Translations under genes and position numbers: made by a program | Assembly (NCBI GenBank): GCA_910592345.1 | Contig: CAJVPI010000248.1 | Location: forward strand, 1-38,995 | Direction of reading: 5' to 3' | Source of the DNA: Paraglomus brasilianum | Taxonomy: Eukaryota | DNA: 38,995 nt | Notes under the pieces: model-generated | What the model saw: only the letters and a program-made list of their open reading frames with translations | The model's database searches: none | Told to the model about the DNA's origin: nothing | Part shown: one piece after another, positions 27,302 through 38,995 of the stretch | Numbering within the stretch: position 1 is the first letter of the stretch | Layout of the letters: every line of letters begins with the position of its first letter

Positions 27302-30300
27302 ATGATTGTGATATTCATATTAGATACTAGCGTGTCCATGAATAGGCGATTTGCCGATAACCTGTCTGCTTTTGAGTGTGCCAAGTCAGGCATTGAAACC
27401 TTTTTCAAAGTATTTATCTTTTTGTTGATACTACGGTGTCCGTTCACATAAAGACCTTCGATCTCCCTAAATCTATTCTCGACTGGGAAATCTGCTATTA
27501 GGTCCACAATATTTAGATTTATTTCATCGATTGATCAGTTTATTCCCTTATTACCGTTTGTAGGAAATGAATGACGAAAAGAATAGATGGTTCTATGCTG
27601 ACAGAGTGGACAAAGTGGATAAATACGTGTTGGTCACGTACGAGAATGGAGACGGAAGAGTAAAGGTAGGTTAAAGATGATGGATTAGAAGATCTGTTAC
27701 TTTTGTAAATATTTATTTATATATATGTATATACATATTGTGTAGACATGCTGATCCTATTCTCTGTAATATAGTCGTCTCTTAAAGACGGAAGCGAAAA
27801 GTTGTTAGCTCAGTTGAAGATGCTTAAAGCACAAGACATGTCAAATCCAGCAGCTGCTTTTGCAGCAGCATTAGAAATACTCGATGCATACAGGCTATCA
27901 ATGGGCATGGATACAATTTGCAGAGTATGCTAATCAGCACTGTTGATCTCTTTCATGATATATTTACAAATGGCTATAACAAGCCAGACATTAATTGCTT
28001 CTTGTGATTTACAGGGAAGATACCCAGCACCTGTAAATAACTCGTTGATATTATGGTTCACGGATGGCGGAGATTGTACCGATGTCGAAGATTTACGCGA
28101 TAGGACGGTACGAGAGAAGGTAATTAATAGACACGAGTGATTTGTCGAATATGGAATCAGTAACGGAATACTAATACGATATACGTATGATTGCAATTAC
28201 TCGATAGCTAAAGAATATTGAACTCAATACGCCTGGAGTGCACCTCTATAATGAACCTCTCAGGTGGGATCAGAAACTATACACGTTCATACTAGAGTCA
28301 GATGAGTCTCCTACAGCTCAATATATACAAGAATTCACAGAGAATGTTAGAGGTATGGGAATACCAGTATTGAGAATTGAATTGGGTTTATGAGTTGCTT
28401 AGTCTTTACATTCTACACACAAGGCAAGCTGTATAGAATATACGATAGTCGAATGATGGTGCAACAAATCGCATCAATGGTGGAAACTGACAGAACGGAC
28501 AGGGCGAGACCGAGAGGTGATAGAATATTCACGAATGAAGGTGTACTCGTTAATTTCCAAGAAATGCGAGGGGGTAAATTACAAGCTTTTTATCCGTTAT
28601 CCCGTATCAGTCTATTATTTCCTGTTCTCACTATTGACTCCATCACAAGGAATAACGACTCCAAACGATAAAAATCATAGGAAATTTCTTTTTGTGGAGA
28701 AAAATGGCCTGTCAGGGGAGGTTCCATACATAATTGCAGATAATGCCTGGTGTATTCCGGAAAATTTCTGGGTTCCACGCGAGTCTCTTGGCTCTATAAG
28801 GATGTCGGTTAGTTAATTGTCCGTGTACAATCATGCAACTTGTTTATATCGGATTGATTTTACTATTACCTCTTCTTATCTTGTTATCTGTTTGTGCTCA
28901 ATATACACTACAAGAAACGCAACTATTTACCGACTATATTCTACGAAGCTTGTGATCGTCGTTTTCACATACCCCAAGGAATAGTCTATGAACAATTTCG
29001 CGTGGAAAAGTGTGAAATGACCACAGAGTTGATGAGAAGTGGCATAGGAACACAATGGCCTGTAGTTATCGCTCACGCAGCAATTTATTTGCACATCATC
29101 ATTACGCATTCGTCATTCATGAGCTTATTCGTCGTGCGTTCATTTTCAGGTCTATATCAAAGACAGCGGAGGCGATAGTAGGAGGGCGTTTGGTGAACCA
29201 TTTGGATTTCTGGCCGCTTCAGAAAACCGAGTTTATTTGGTTGTGTTACCATATAATTACCCTGCTTTGTTTGGCCTGCTGGAAAAGTATAATCGTAAGT
29301 GGGAAAATGACCTTTATTAGAAATAGCGTAAACGTGTTTATTGACAACTGTCCCATTACAATAGCTTTACCTTACATAGATGTCAACAGGATGTCACCCG
29401 AGTGGGTCAAGTCAATGAAGAATTACATGGAATCGATCCCATGGTATTATCATGAGGTAACAGAATTCTTAGATAGACTCTATTTATTATATCATGGGTC
29501 ACCAAGTAACATTTTTTTATTGCGCCGATATTGTCAGCGATTAAGAAACAATATGCCATCGTATGCGCAGCTCATTCAAGCGTTTAGCCCGCTGAATATA
29601 CGTACTGACGAATTAGACGCGTATATATCAGAAATCAAAAAAAGTGCAAATGAATGGCTAGAGCGCTTAGATGGTCGTGTCAAGGTGAGAGTTGACTGAT
29701 TGCTTATTCATTGCATATTTGTATCATTACGTGCGTTTTAACTAAATGCATATTATTAGGCTGCAGCATTGGCTCCTGTAGCTGCTGAAAAGGTGTGTCT
29801 GTGTTTTAAAGCTAGAGAGATTATAACATTGAAGTTGTAACGCAAAACTGTTATATTGTCCCAACTTTTGTCCTCCTGATTGACTCTACGACATGAGAAT
29901 ATTCTATGCAATTACAGAAAATATCTCTATACGAAGACTCTTCTAATGTTCCGCGTAGTTTACTTGTCAGTACTATGACACAATTGAAGCGGGCATTTTT
30001 CAAAGAGATAGGAGCTCAAGGCGTAAATGGAACCATTGGAAGAAACAAAATTAATGACACATCAGATGAAGGTAACTTGTCAAATAAACAGTAGTAATTA
30101 AAAATATGGTTAAACCAAGTTGGATCAACCCAAAACGCCGCAGGCTGTCATGCTAATATTGCCTGTGGGACATTCTTTTGCAGATACGCGTCATTCCTTG
30201 CCTGTTTCTCAAATGGGTGAATACCATGCTGCAATGCAGAAACAATTCGCATCGATGTTAAGGAACCCATATGAGTTCGATGACATGGACAGAAAACGAG

Positions 30301-32135
30301 CACGTCGATACACTGTTGGAAACAATATGTACAGAAGTAATACGAATGAAGGAGTATGTTTCAGCATAAACTACACTTATTATTTATCCATGCCCTTGCA
30401 TCGCTCACAAGTTAAGTTCTCGACAGATTTCAATAGATGAAGCGGGTGAAGCTTCTCCAAACATACGTGCATCAAACGAAGCAGAAGTTCCCAATACATC
30501 TCCCTCAAATGGACTTGCGCCATCAGCGTCTCCAAGAAAATGGCGCCATATAGAACCACAATATATAGACACCCAAGTGATGTTTAATGGAATACCAGAA
30601 GCTGGAATCCCGGCTTTATCGATTAAACTCCGACGAGAGAAACTAACAGTGGCCAAGAAAGGCCAGAGAAGAAATCTGATGCTCGAAGCTCGGTCGTCTA
30701 CAACCATTGCTGCATCAGAATCTCAGTCATTGACGCTTAAGAATGCGTCAGTGGATGAAAGAATAGAATTACCAGGAGCTCATTTGCATTTCTCTATGCC
30801 AGCAGTGGAATCTCTATCATTGCATGTACCATGGGATGGAAGAACAGAGTCAAAAGAATCGGATAATGATAACAACGAGTCGCGTGGAATACTTACTGCT
30901 CCCGCAAACGCAGGGTTTGCAGCGGTACCTATGCAGGATAATGGTGAAAGTAGTAGTCAGGTGATACCAGCGGTGGCTCCTAACGGCGTTGACAACAAGA
31001 CCAACAACACCATTACTACGACAGTTCACCAACAAGAGGAGGTTGAATTGATGGATGTTGATGAAGAAGAAGGAGAATTGAAACAGGAGGCTGAAGTCGA
31101 AGAGATTGTTAATAGAACAGCGACGATCTTCTCGCAGAAAGATGAAGGCAAGACAATTGAGGCAGCGAACAGAATATTTGAAGATGGAGAGATACCTACT
31201 GGTGTTGATATTGATTCGGAAATGGAGCTGTCTGATCTGAACACTGTCAACGGAAACGCGACCAATATAGGTGTCGAAGTCATTGATCAAAATTCAAGAG
31301 AAGACTCTTCCATCTCAGTCGATAGCATATCGGGATTGTTACTTGACGCCAAGAGGAAACTAATGGAAATAATTAAATCCGACAGAACAGGTATGTTACA
31401 TAAATTTCTATTCTGTGTTATTTGATCAAATTTATTAATAAATTTCCCTTTTGAAGATGACAGTATCAATCGAATATCTGATATTATACGAGATTTAGAA
31501 AGTTCAAATGATTATACCAAGGAACAAGTGGCCGCGTTCATACGGTCTTTACGAATTCTAGCACTTGGTTCGGAAAGGAAAGATGTGGTGCGACAATTGC
31601 AAACACTATTGGATAAATCATATAGCAATACTCACAAGAGGACAACTCCCGTATCGGATTCCATGAGCAGCGCTGACCGGTATCTTTATAATAATGAAAA
31701 TTCATACCACCCGGTCCTGCCAGCAGTAAACTGGTTAATAGAAGAGATAAAGAAAGAAGGTAATAACATACGCTCGAGTTACATAATGATAAGCTTGCAC
31801 AAAATTTCCTATGCTTATATAATTTATGCTCAACTGACTAATTATTTGTGTTATAATAAAAAGCGAATAAATTTGTTGTCAAATATTTTTTAGCGTTGTA
31901 AAACGTTTACTAACGTTTTTTGCCGTTTATTAACGTTTTTTATCGTTTAAATTACTTAGATTATGATGAGAGCAATATCAAAAATAAGCTTTTAGAAGTT
32001 GAAGAGGAAAGTAAATACTCACAAGAACAGAAGAAATCACTTGTAATAATGGCATTGCGTGTCGCAACAGGGTCGTCCAAGAGTCAGCTTATACGATGGT
32101 TGCAAGACATGCGGCAGAGACTAGATGGAAGTTGA
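27302..32135 (+). CDS. INTS6: Integrator complex subunit 6 (INTS6/DDX26) homologue: VWA domain, middle domain, low-complexity linker, C-terminal INTS6-type helical domain(s); multi-exon
   Basis: Spliced protein: MIVIFILDTSVSMNRR..AKSGIETFFK, DKYVLVTYE, GRYP..WFTDG, EPLRWDQKLY, GVLVNF, WCIPENFW, EPFGFL..VLPYNYPALF, HSLPVSQMGEY, ISIDEA. These motifs are collinear with recalled animal INTS6 motifs (LFLIDTSASM, AKGAVETFMK, DRYMLVTFE, GRNP, EPFRWDQRLF, WPVPESFW, PFGYL, PYNYPVL, HSVPIAQMGNY, IDEAD). Stop TGA at 32133-32135. Confidence 0.9.
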
Positions 32136-32335
32136 ATTCGTCGAACGTTTATTAGAGATGAAATGAATCACGGTTTAATCATAATCGGTTTTGGGTGATT
32201 TGTAGTAATATAATAATAATAATATTGACCATCATTACTGTATTATATACGAAATAATACAAGTGGCACAGTTTAGACAATAAATTTCTGTGTTAGTGTT
32301 AAATACCGTCGTTTATTCTTTCCCCAAATTCAAAA

Positions 32336-34647
32336 ATGTCAGATAACCCTTTCTCTTTGGAAGCTCTACTAAACTCTCTCCGCATACCTGCTTACTTCTA
32401 CCTCAATGCCCAAACGTCTGGTTAGCCTTAATAATCCTTGTCTACCAACCCACAAACTTCGGCTTCTCTGCTGACAAGATGCTATGTATTGCGTTTAGAC
32501 GACGATTTTGCTAATGCTTTCAAAGCTCAGGCTGAATTAGCCCTTGCTGCTCTCAGGCAATTAGTTAAACAAGAAGAGCAGCTAAGCGATGAGTTAATTG
32601 GGGACTGCTTGTGGACTTGTATTTTGTATCTGGGAGAAGAGCCTTGGTCGAACGCGTCTTTGAAAGAGCTAGCTCATGGTATTCTTTTCTTAAACATTGA
32701 TTGATACAGCGTTTAATAATGATCGCAAGAGAGATCGGGTGGGTGAACGCGCTTGAGTGATATAATCACACTAGCATTATTATTATCATTTATTACTAGG
32801 CGTGATCACTAATTTACATGAAGCACAGCCGAGGTTTCGCGATATAGAAACTCTGGTTGAGACGTTTGTTCTTAATATAATGAATAAATATATTAAGCCG
32901 GCATTTATGCGCTATTCTTCCGAGATGAATGTTGGAAATGGGAAATCAAAGACATCAATAAGAACAACCACAAGACCATCCATAGCCCGCAAATACGAGT
33001 TGCCTGCTGAAGATACTTCTTGGAGAGTTGATATTGAGCCGGCTGCGCGTGTGATAGAGTGGATGGTGTGTCGAATGAGGGTAAGCGATATTCGCTTTAT
33101 TAAAATGACTAGTAAGACGAATAGTACTACTACATAAAAATAGGCGCATATACTTGCATCACCATGACTGTAATTGCTAACGACGCTATTACAATTCCTT
33201 ATTTTCAATGCGTAAGTGAAGCCCCCAGCAATCAACAATATGATACAATTTCTTATTCCACCAACGTTAACATTACTCGACAATTTTGATGTCACACTGA
33301 AGACTCGTGGAATAACAATACTAGATCAGATTCTGAGGAAAGTAAATCCGACAATAATCCAAAGAACAGGATTGGGAAACGTTTTCTACGAGGTACAGCG
33401 TCTTGCCACGTATAGCATACACTCCATCTGATAGCCAGACATTTATATAAAAAACACGGCTATTTATGTATTCTTGCAACATTTATTAGTCTATGTATCT
33501 ATTCAAACTAATTATCATGTCATGGAACGTTGCGATCGACTTGCTTTAGGCCATATCGGCATGCTTGATGTATCAGAGTGAGGTATCCCACGCACAATTC
33601 CTGCGTCCAAGCTATTCCGCCATGCTTAACCTTGTCTCGGTAGCCGAGTCCAGGGGTTCAGAGGCATGGTTTAGCAAGCATGAGAAAATATTGAGATCAC
33701 ATGTGTTGAGAGGATTAGTAATGGCTGGAGACATAATAGTAATAAGGCGGGTCTTGCTTGAGCAGATTCCGGTTCTCGTCGAATATTTGGACATTGTGGC
33801 TGTGAAATATTTAAAGGTTAGTGGTTATAAATGGATGTGTAGTAATATATGTATTTAATAATAAGATGTAGTATTATTTTAATTAGATTATTTGTTTCCC
33901 ATAATTTATTAGTTATCAGTAGAAGAATATTGCACAAACTCATTCCTTCGTATAATCTGTCTAATATTACTGTACCTGTAGGAACTAGTGGATGCACAAT
34001 GTAAGACATTAGAGATTCCTCTGGATATTCCTGGTAACGATGAAATAGTTGAGATGCATCTTAGTGCAGCGGAGGGACTCCAAACGACGATCCGCATATG
34101 TTGGCCAAGGTTGGCGATCTAATTTATATCTTTGGAATTTGGTATCGCTACTAGTATTGGTGCTGGTGATGTACGGAGCGATATACCAATATCAATGACG
34201 ATAAACACGAATAGAATTTCTTCAATTACTCATTCGTTAATGGCATAGGATCCCTCCTTACGAAGGTAAGATATTGAAAGCAGTAGTCACATCATGGAAA
34301 GAACTTTATCACTTTGAAGCAGGTATTTTTGTTTGTAGTCATCTTATTTTACGCGTCAAGAATATGGGTACAGAACAGAACGTTAATCTAACTTGCAAAA
34401 ATTTGATGTTAAGATAGAGATGCGTCGATGACAATTAACGATTTGAAGAATAAGCTACGCAACGTTTGTAAGCTTTTGAAGTCAACGTGTACTCCTAATA
34501 CTACGATTACAAAGGTCAGCATTATTGTTATGATCTTGTTAAGTTTCTTGTAACTTGAACCTGAATGGCGACAACTGTTTATAGGACTTTGACGCGTTGA
34601 GAAGGTTAGATGAGAATGTCTTTGGTCCCTTACTGGATGGAATATAA
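32336..34647 (+). CDS. TTI2: TELO2-interacting protein 2 (Tti2; TTT PIKK co-chaperone) homologue, multi-exon
   Basis: HEAT-like protein with EPW, YIKPAF, LIPPTLTLLDNFDVTLKTRGITIL..QRTGLGNVFYE|AISACLMY, IVAVKYLK and TTIRICWPRI, matching recalled Tti2 family motifs. Stop TAA at 34645-34647. Confidence 0.78.
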
Positions 34648-35856
34648 CCTGTTAAATAGGGTTCAAATTAGACCCGGCAGTATCATTGATTGAGAATGTC
34701 TTGGCATAAGATAATGTAATGGAATGACATTCTCTTTAACTTATACTCTGTACATAATTAAGCAAAAGGCAGCCAGTATCAGAGATGGAATTTAAATAAA
34801 GCATAACTACAAATACTGAAACAAACTAATTCTCACATTTTCGGTCTCCTAACCTTACTGGAGTTTATTGATGCCGGAGACAAATGGCTCATTGATATGA
34901 TGCCACTTGAAATGTTATAGAGAAGCCTCATCTCAAACAAAAGAAAGTTTCGGGAGTACTAATATGCTTAATGCTGACTATTAGTTAGTGATTACGGCCA
35001 ATCTATTGTTTCAAAAAGCAAAGACTGCCCACAAATAATGCAGCCAAGAAAAACTTGCTACCGTTGAGACATTCTCGTTGAGCCAATTAATAAAGGGATG
35101 GCCATACTACGCATCAAACATCACCATCTAAATAAATATATACTTTCGATAAAGAATTATTGTTGGTAGTAATAAATAATATTAAGATTAAGGAAGCCTG
35201 GACAACATCTAGCAGGAAATACTTGTCTTATAGTCAATTGCATTAAATTTTATTGGTTTAGCGCCGGCCGTAAAAAATTAACTGACGTAGACGCGTAGTA
35301 GTAGAGCTTTTTAAGCTAAATTAAGAGTATTAGTATTAGTATTCTAATCAATCTTGGCTTGAATAAATCGATTACCAAAACAGGTTAATAGTGAGGCCGC
35401 CACCGAAAAGAACGAAACCTATTATATCACAACTGCAGCCGCCACAACTCATACGCCTCATTTAACCAAATAACCCCCAAACACACATACTCCGGACTCC
35501 GGAGTACTGCTCCGGACCTACGCCCCTTATAAACAGAGTATTGGTATAACGTCTCACATCAAATGATGTCCCAGAAATGGTAACTTCCAGGTCAATTTTG
35601 AAAATTTAACGAATCAAGCGCGTTTTTATTATAATCCGTAAAGCAAGTGGGAAATAGAAGACCGGAATACTTGATGAGATGGATGAATCATATTTTATTA
35701 TGCTTTGGATAGTGTGACGACATTACTGTATTCGTTGAAGAATGCATACACAACGTTGCGTCATTCTTTGGTGACGTGCTGCGTACGCAATAGCGACAAC
35801 CATAAGTTTGACAAGTAAAAATAACAGAGAATCTTACTCTCTTTACACTGTTAAAT

Positions 35857-38216
35857 ATGGATGAAAGTCCGCGAAACGACAAAGCACTATCAGACTTTTG
35901 CAATGTTACGGGAGCTACACCTGAAGTAGCCGCGAGCTATTTGACGGTATGCAGCCTCAGTCTTTGTGCCAATATCTGCTCCGTATTCCTGCTCAGGTCG
36001 TTATTTACTCAAGCGAGTCATTCTTCATACAAACAAAAAACAGGTGTCAGACAACAATATTGAACAAGCTGTATCACTCTATCTGGAAAGTGGTGGCGTT
36101 GACCTCGCGCAAACTCTACAAGACTCAAAGAGTTCGCAACCCACTACCTCGACTTCCAGTACTTTTGACAATACACGTACTGGTAATTCTACATTAGAAA
36201 GCGACGCAGCATTGGCTGCTCGGCTAGCTGCAGCTGAAGATGTTCGCGCTCCTATTCCTCCAAGACAAGAGATACTACTCAGGGACGAGGACGATGAGTT
36301 GTATTCGCAAAGTATGGATATAAATTCTGATTGTGAACGAAATGATTTGATTGAAGCGGGACTGGTGTAATTTATTACCTTTATTTTTTTGATGCTAATG
36401 GATAAAGCAGTCAGGAGATCTGGCGCAACAAGTAATCGTCGACCTGTCGTGAGAGAGGTCACTGATGGACTCAGAGATAGTCGACTCGATTCCGCATATA
36501 TTTCAGGTACCAAGCAAGTGATACATTGAAGCTAGCGAGGGACTTTTACTGATAAAATTTGTAACGATGTTGTAGGCCAACATGATCCAAAGTTGAGTCC
36601 TCGATTAGCTGATCTGTTTAGACCCCCTTTTGATCTTATTACGCCTGGTGGTTTTGAGCAGGTCGGGCCTCTAATGAGGGTGTTTGACGCTCTCTTGTAT
36701 ATTAAGATTGAACGTGACGTGCTAATCATTTATTGATTATATAGGTACGCCAGGATGCAAAGGAAAAAAATAAATGGCTTATGGTTACCATTCATGATTA
36801 TACAGAGTTTGCATGTCAAGTGTTAAACCGTGATCTATGGAGCGAGCAAACTGTCAAGGCAGTTGTTAAGGCTGATTTTCTGTTCATGCAGGTAATTGAA
36901 AACAAAAGGTCTTTGCGATGACAATTATAACTAGTAATTTTATCAACTTAGCAATCGTATATAAGATTAGTAATGACTATTACTTTCGATCCTGTCATGA
37001 CAATTTTACTAAGCTACTATGTATTGGCTAATTAGCTTCCAGCTAATTCTTCGGAAGGGCGACGATATAAGACTTTCTATCAATTCGACGACTACCCACA
37101 TATTGCCATCATCGACCCAAGAACTGGTCTGTTATTATCACAAAGATGAACTGTTAATATATAATTTGCTAATCTCTGTTAACGCTATGTTCGACTTATA
37201 GGGGAGAGGTTAAAGACATTTAATTATTCATTAACACCGAACGACTTTATAATTGCTGGTTAGCTTGAATTTCAATTATTGCGTCAGTCACTACTGCTGA
37301 CGTTTTCGATTTTTATGGCTCTAAAGTTTGTGTTCTATTCACGTAGTCACCGACTTTTTGGAACGATATTCTCTGAAGGAAGCTGCATCGTCGAGATCGC
37401 CAGCCGTCGCACAATCTACAAGCCAGGTTGATGACCGTTTCTGTATAATGTATATAGAACTACGACAATACCAGACATACCCATGGAATAATTTTTGAAC
37501 ATTGCTTTATAGAGGCTTTTAGATGTATCGGACGAAGACGAGGCAGCAGACAATCGACTTCCAGCGGACGCGATCGATTTTATGGAAATTGAAGACCAAA
37601 GTGATGATGGTATTCTTGTTACTGTTTCTATGTGCGATTTTTTATTATTCCGAATTAATTCTCTTAATCATATGTAGAATCACAAGGAGTTTCTGCCTTT
37701 GATATGATTCATCCAACTGAAAGAGCAGAGCCAGCCGAAGGACCATTAGTAACGCGAATACAATTTCGTCTTGCAGGTGAATTTCACATCTTGCTAATAT
37801 CGTAACAAACATCGAATGATAAGAGTCACTACTGCTTTGCTGTGATTAATAATTCAGTTTTTCGGAATATTAACTACTAACACGATCATAAATATTATCC
37901 TTATCATAACTGTTTATTACAGATGGATCGCGAATTATTCGACGATTCGCCAAATCGGATCCTGTTCGATATCTATTTGAGTACGTCAAGGCCACAGTCC
38001 CTGCTGCAGCAGAACAGCAGTTTGAGGTATTGTTTGTAATTGTATATCAGCCGAACTATTATCATAACGGTTTTTAATGTTTCGATTGTCACTTTTAATC
38101 TAATTCGTTATATCTAGCTTGTATTCAATCGTCAGCAGCTTTTCGAATATATCGACCAAACTATAGCAGAAGCTGGATTGGAGAATTCGGCAATTACAGT
38201 TGGCATTGTATCTTGA
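35857..38216 (+). CDS. UBX5: UBA-UAS-UBX domain Cdc48 cofactor (Ubx5/UBXN7 type), multi-exon
   Basis: UBA-like FCNVTGATPEVAASYL..NIEQAVSLYLE, VRAPIP, RLADLFRPPFDL. UAS domain KWLMVTI..EFACQVLNRDLWS..YPHIAIIDPRTGE. UBX domain TRIQFRLADGSRIIRRF..TIAEAGLENSAITV. Stop TGA at 38214-38216. Confidence 0.92.
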
Positions 38217-38995
38217 AAATCATTGGAATATTACGCATTACGTAATTAGGATATGTTTCGAAATGGAATTGAGATTAAGTAAAGTCGCATAATTTGGTAT
38301 ATGAACATGATCCAGGGTATGAACATTATACCATTTCCGAATTATACGACTCGGTATATGCGGGTGCAAATAATGGAATCCAATGAAGAAGACGCATCTA
38401 CTCTCGGTTATGTATATCACAATATTGTAGAAATATTATAAAGTCTGCTGGGAGGGTTTAAATTGAGCTTGCTCAGAAACTTTCATGAGATGAATGGGAA
38501 CTATTACCGGATATAGAAACAAATTTTGACATATTTGACTTATGGTTTCTACGTTCGGATATTGTTTATAATAAACGAATTTGTTTACTGAAACACGAGG
38601 AAAGTGAATGAGAAGTGTTTCCGTTGTTTAAAGGGGCATTAATATAGCGTATTGTTTTTGACAAATAGTGAATGAGAAAGTATTATTTTTTTTTGAATGC
38701 TGGTAAAAGGACTACTACTTCTGGTCTATGGTCGTTTAAGCATCCTCGATACCCAGTGTTTAATGCTTAACATTTGTTGGCGAACGCGAGGTGGTTTCTA
38801 AAAACGAACATGATTCTATCAAGAAACTCACTTTGGGACTCTTGTCGGCAAAGTTTTTATTTGCTACGCACAAAACTTCATATCACACACATATCCCAAC
38901 ACCTCCCCCATCCTAACCAGATATCGATTTGTGCACTCATACACACATTATCCAAGAACTCCGCTTTTCAAGTTTTTCACTTTGCATGCGTGTCT

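Overview
Eukaryotic, AT-rich, intron-dense fungal genomic DNA with short GT-AG introns. Gene content and style suggest an early-diverging fungus (Mucoromycota, possibly Glomeromycotina-like); this placement is inference. I spliced ten protein-coding genes by hand: DOP1/Dopey (+), DUG1/CNDP2 dipeptidase (-), CDC48/VCP (-), a tyrosine-kinase-like kinase with 7 Sel1 repeats (-), a PMP22/MPV17 membrane protein (-), PP1 inhibitor-2 (+), a Nudix/eIF2B-alpha-like fusion (-), an Integrator subunit 6 (INTS6) homologue (+), TTI2 (+) and a UBXN7/Ubx5-type Cdc48 cofactor (+). There is also a solitary 5S rRNA gene. Most notable are: a full-length fungal INTS6 (Integrator is absent from yeasts) with an apparently duplicated C-terminal domain; a nearly intron-free Nudix-isomerase-fold fusion of unknown function; a 6-nt micro-exon supplying the Asp-Asp of a conserved DUG1 motif; and a non-RD kinase-Sel1 protein. 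Exon boundaries were read by eye and homologies come from recalled motifs; no searches were run.
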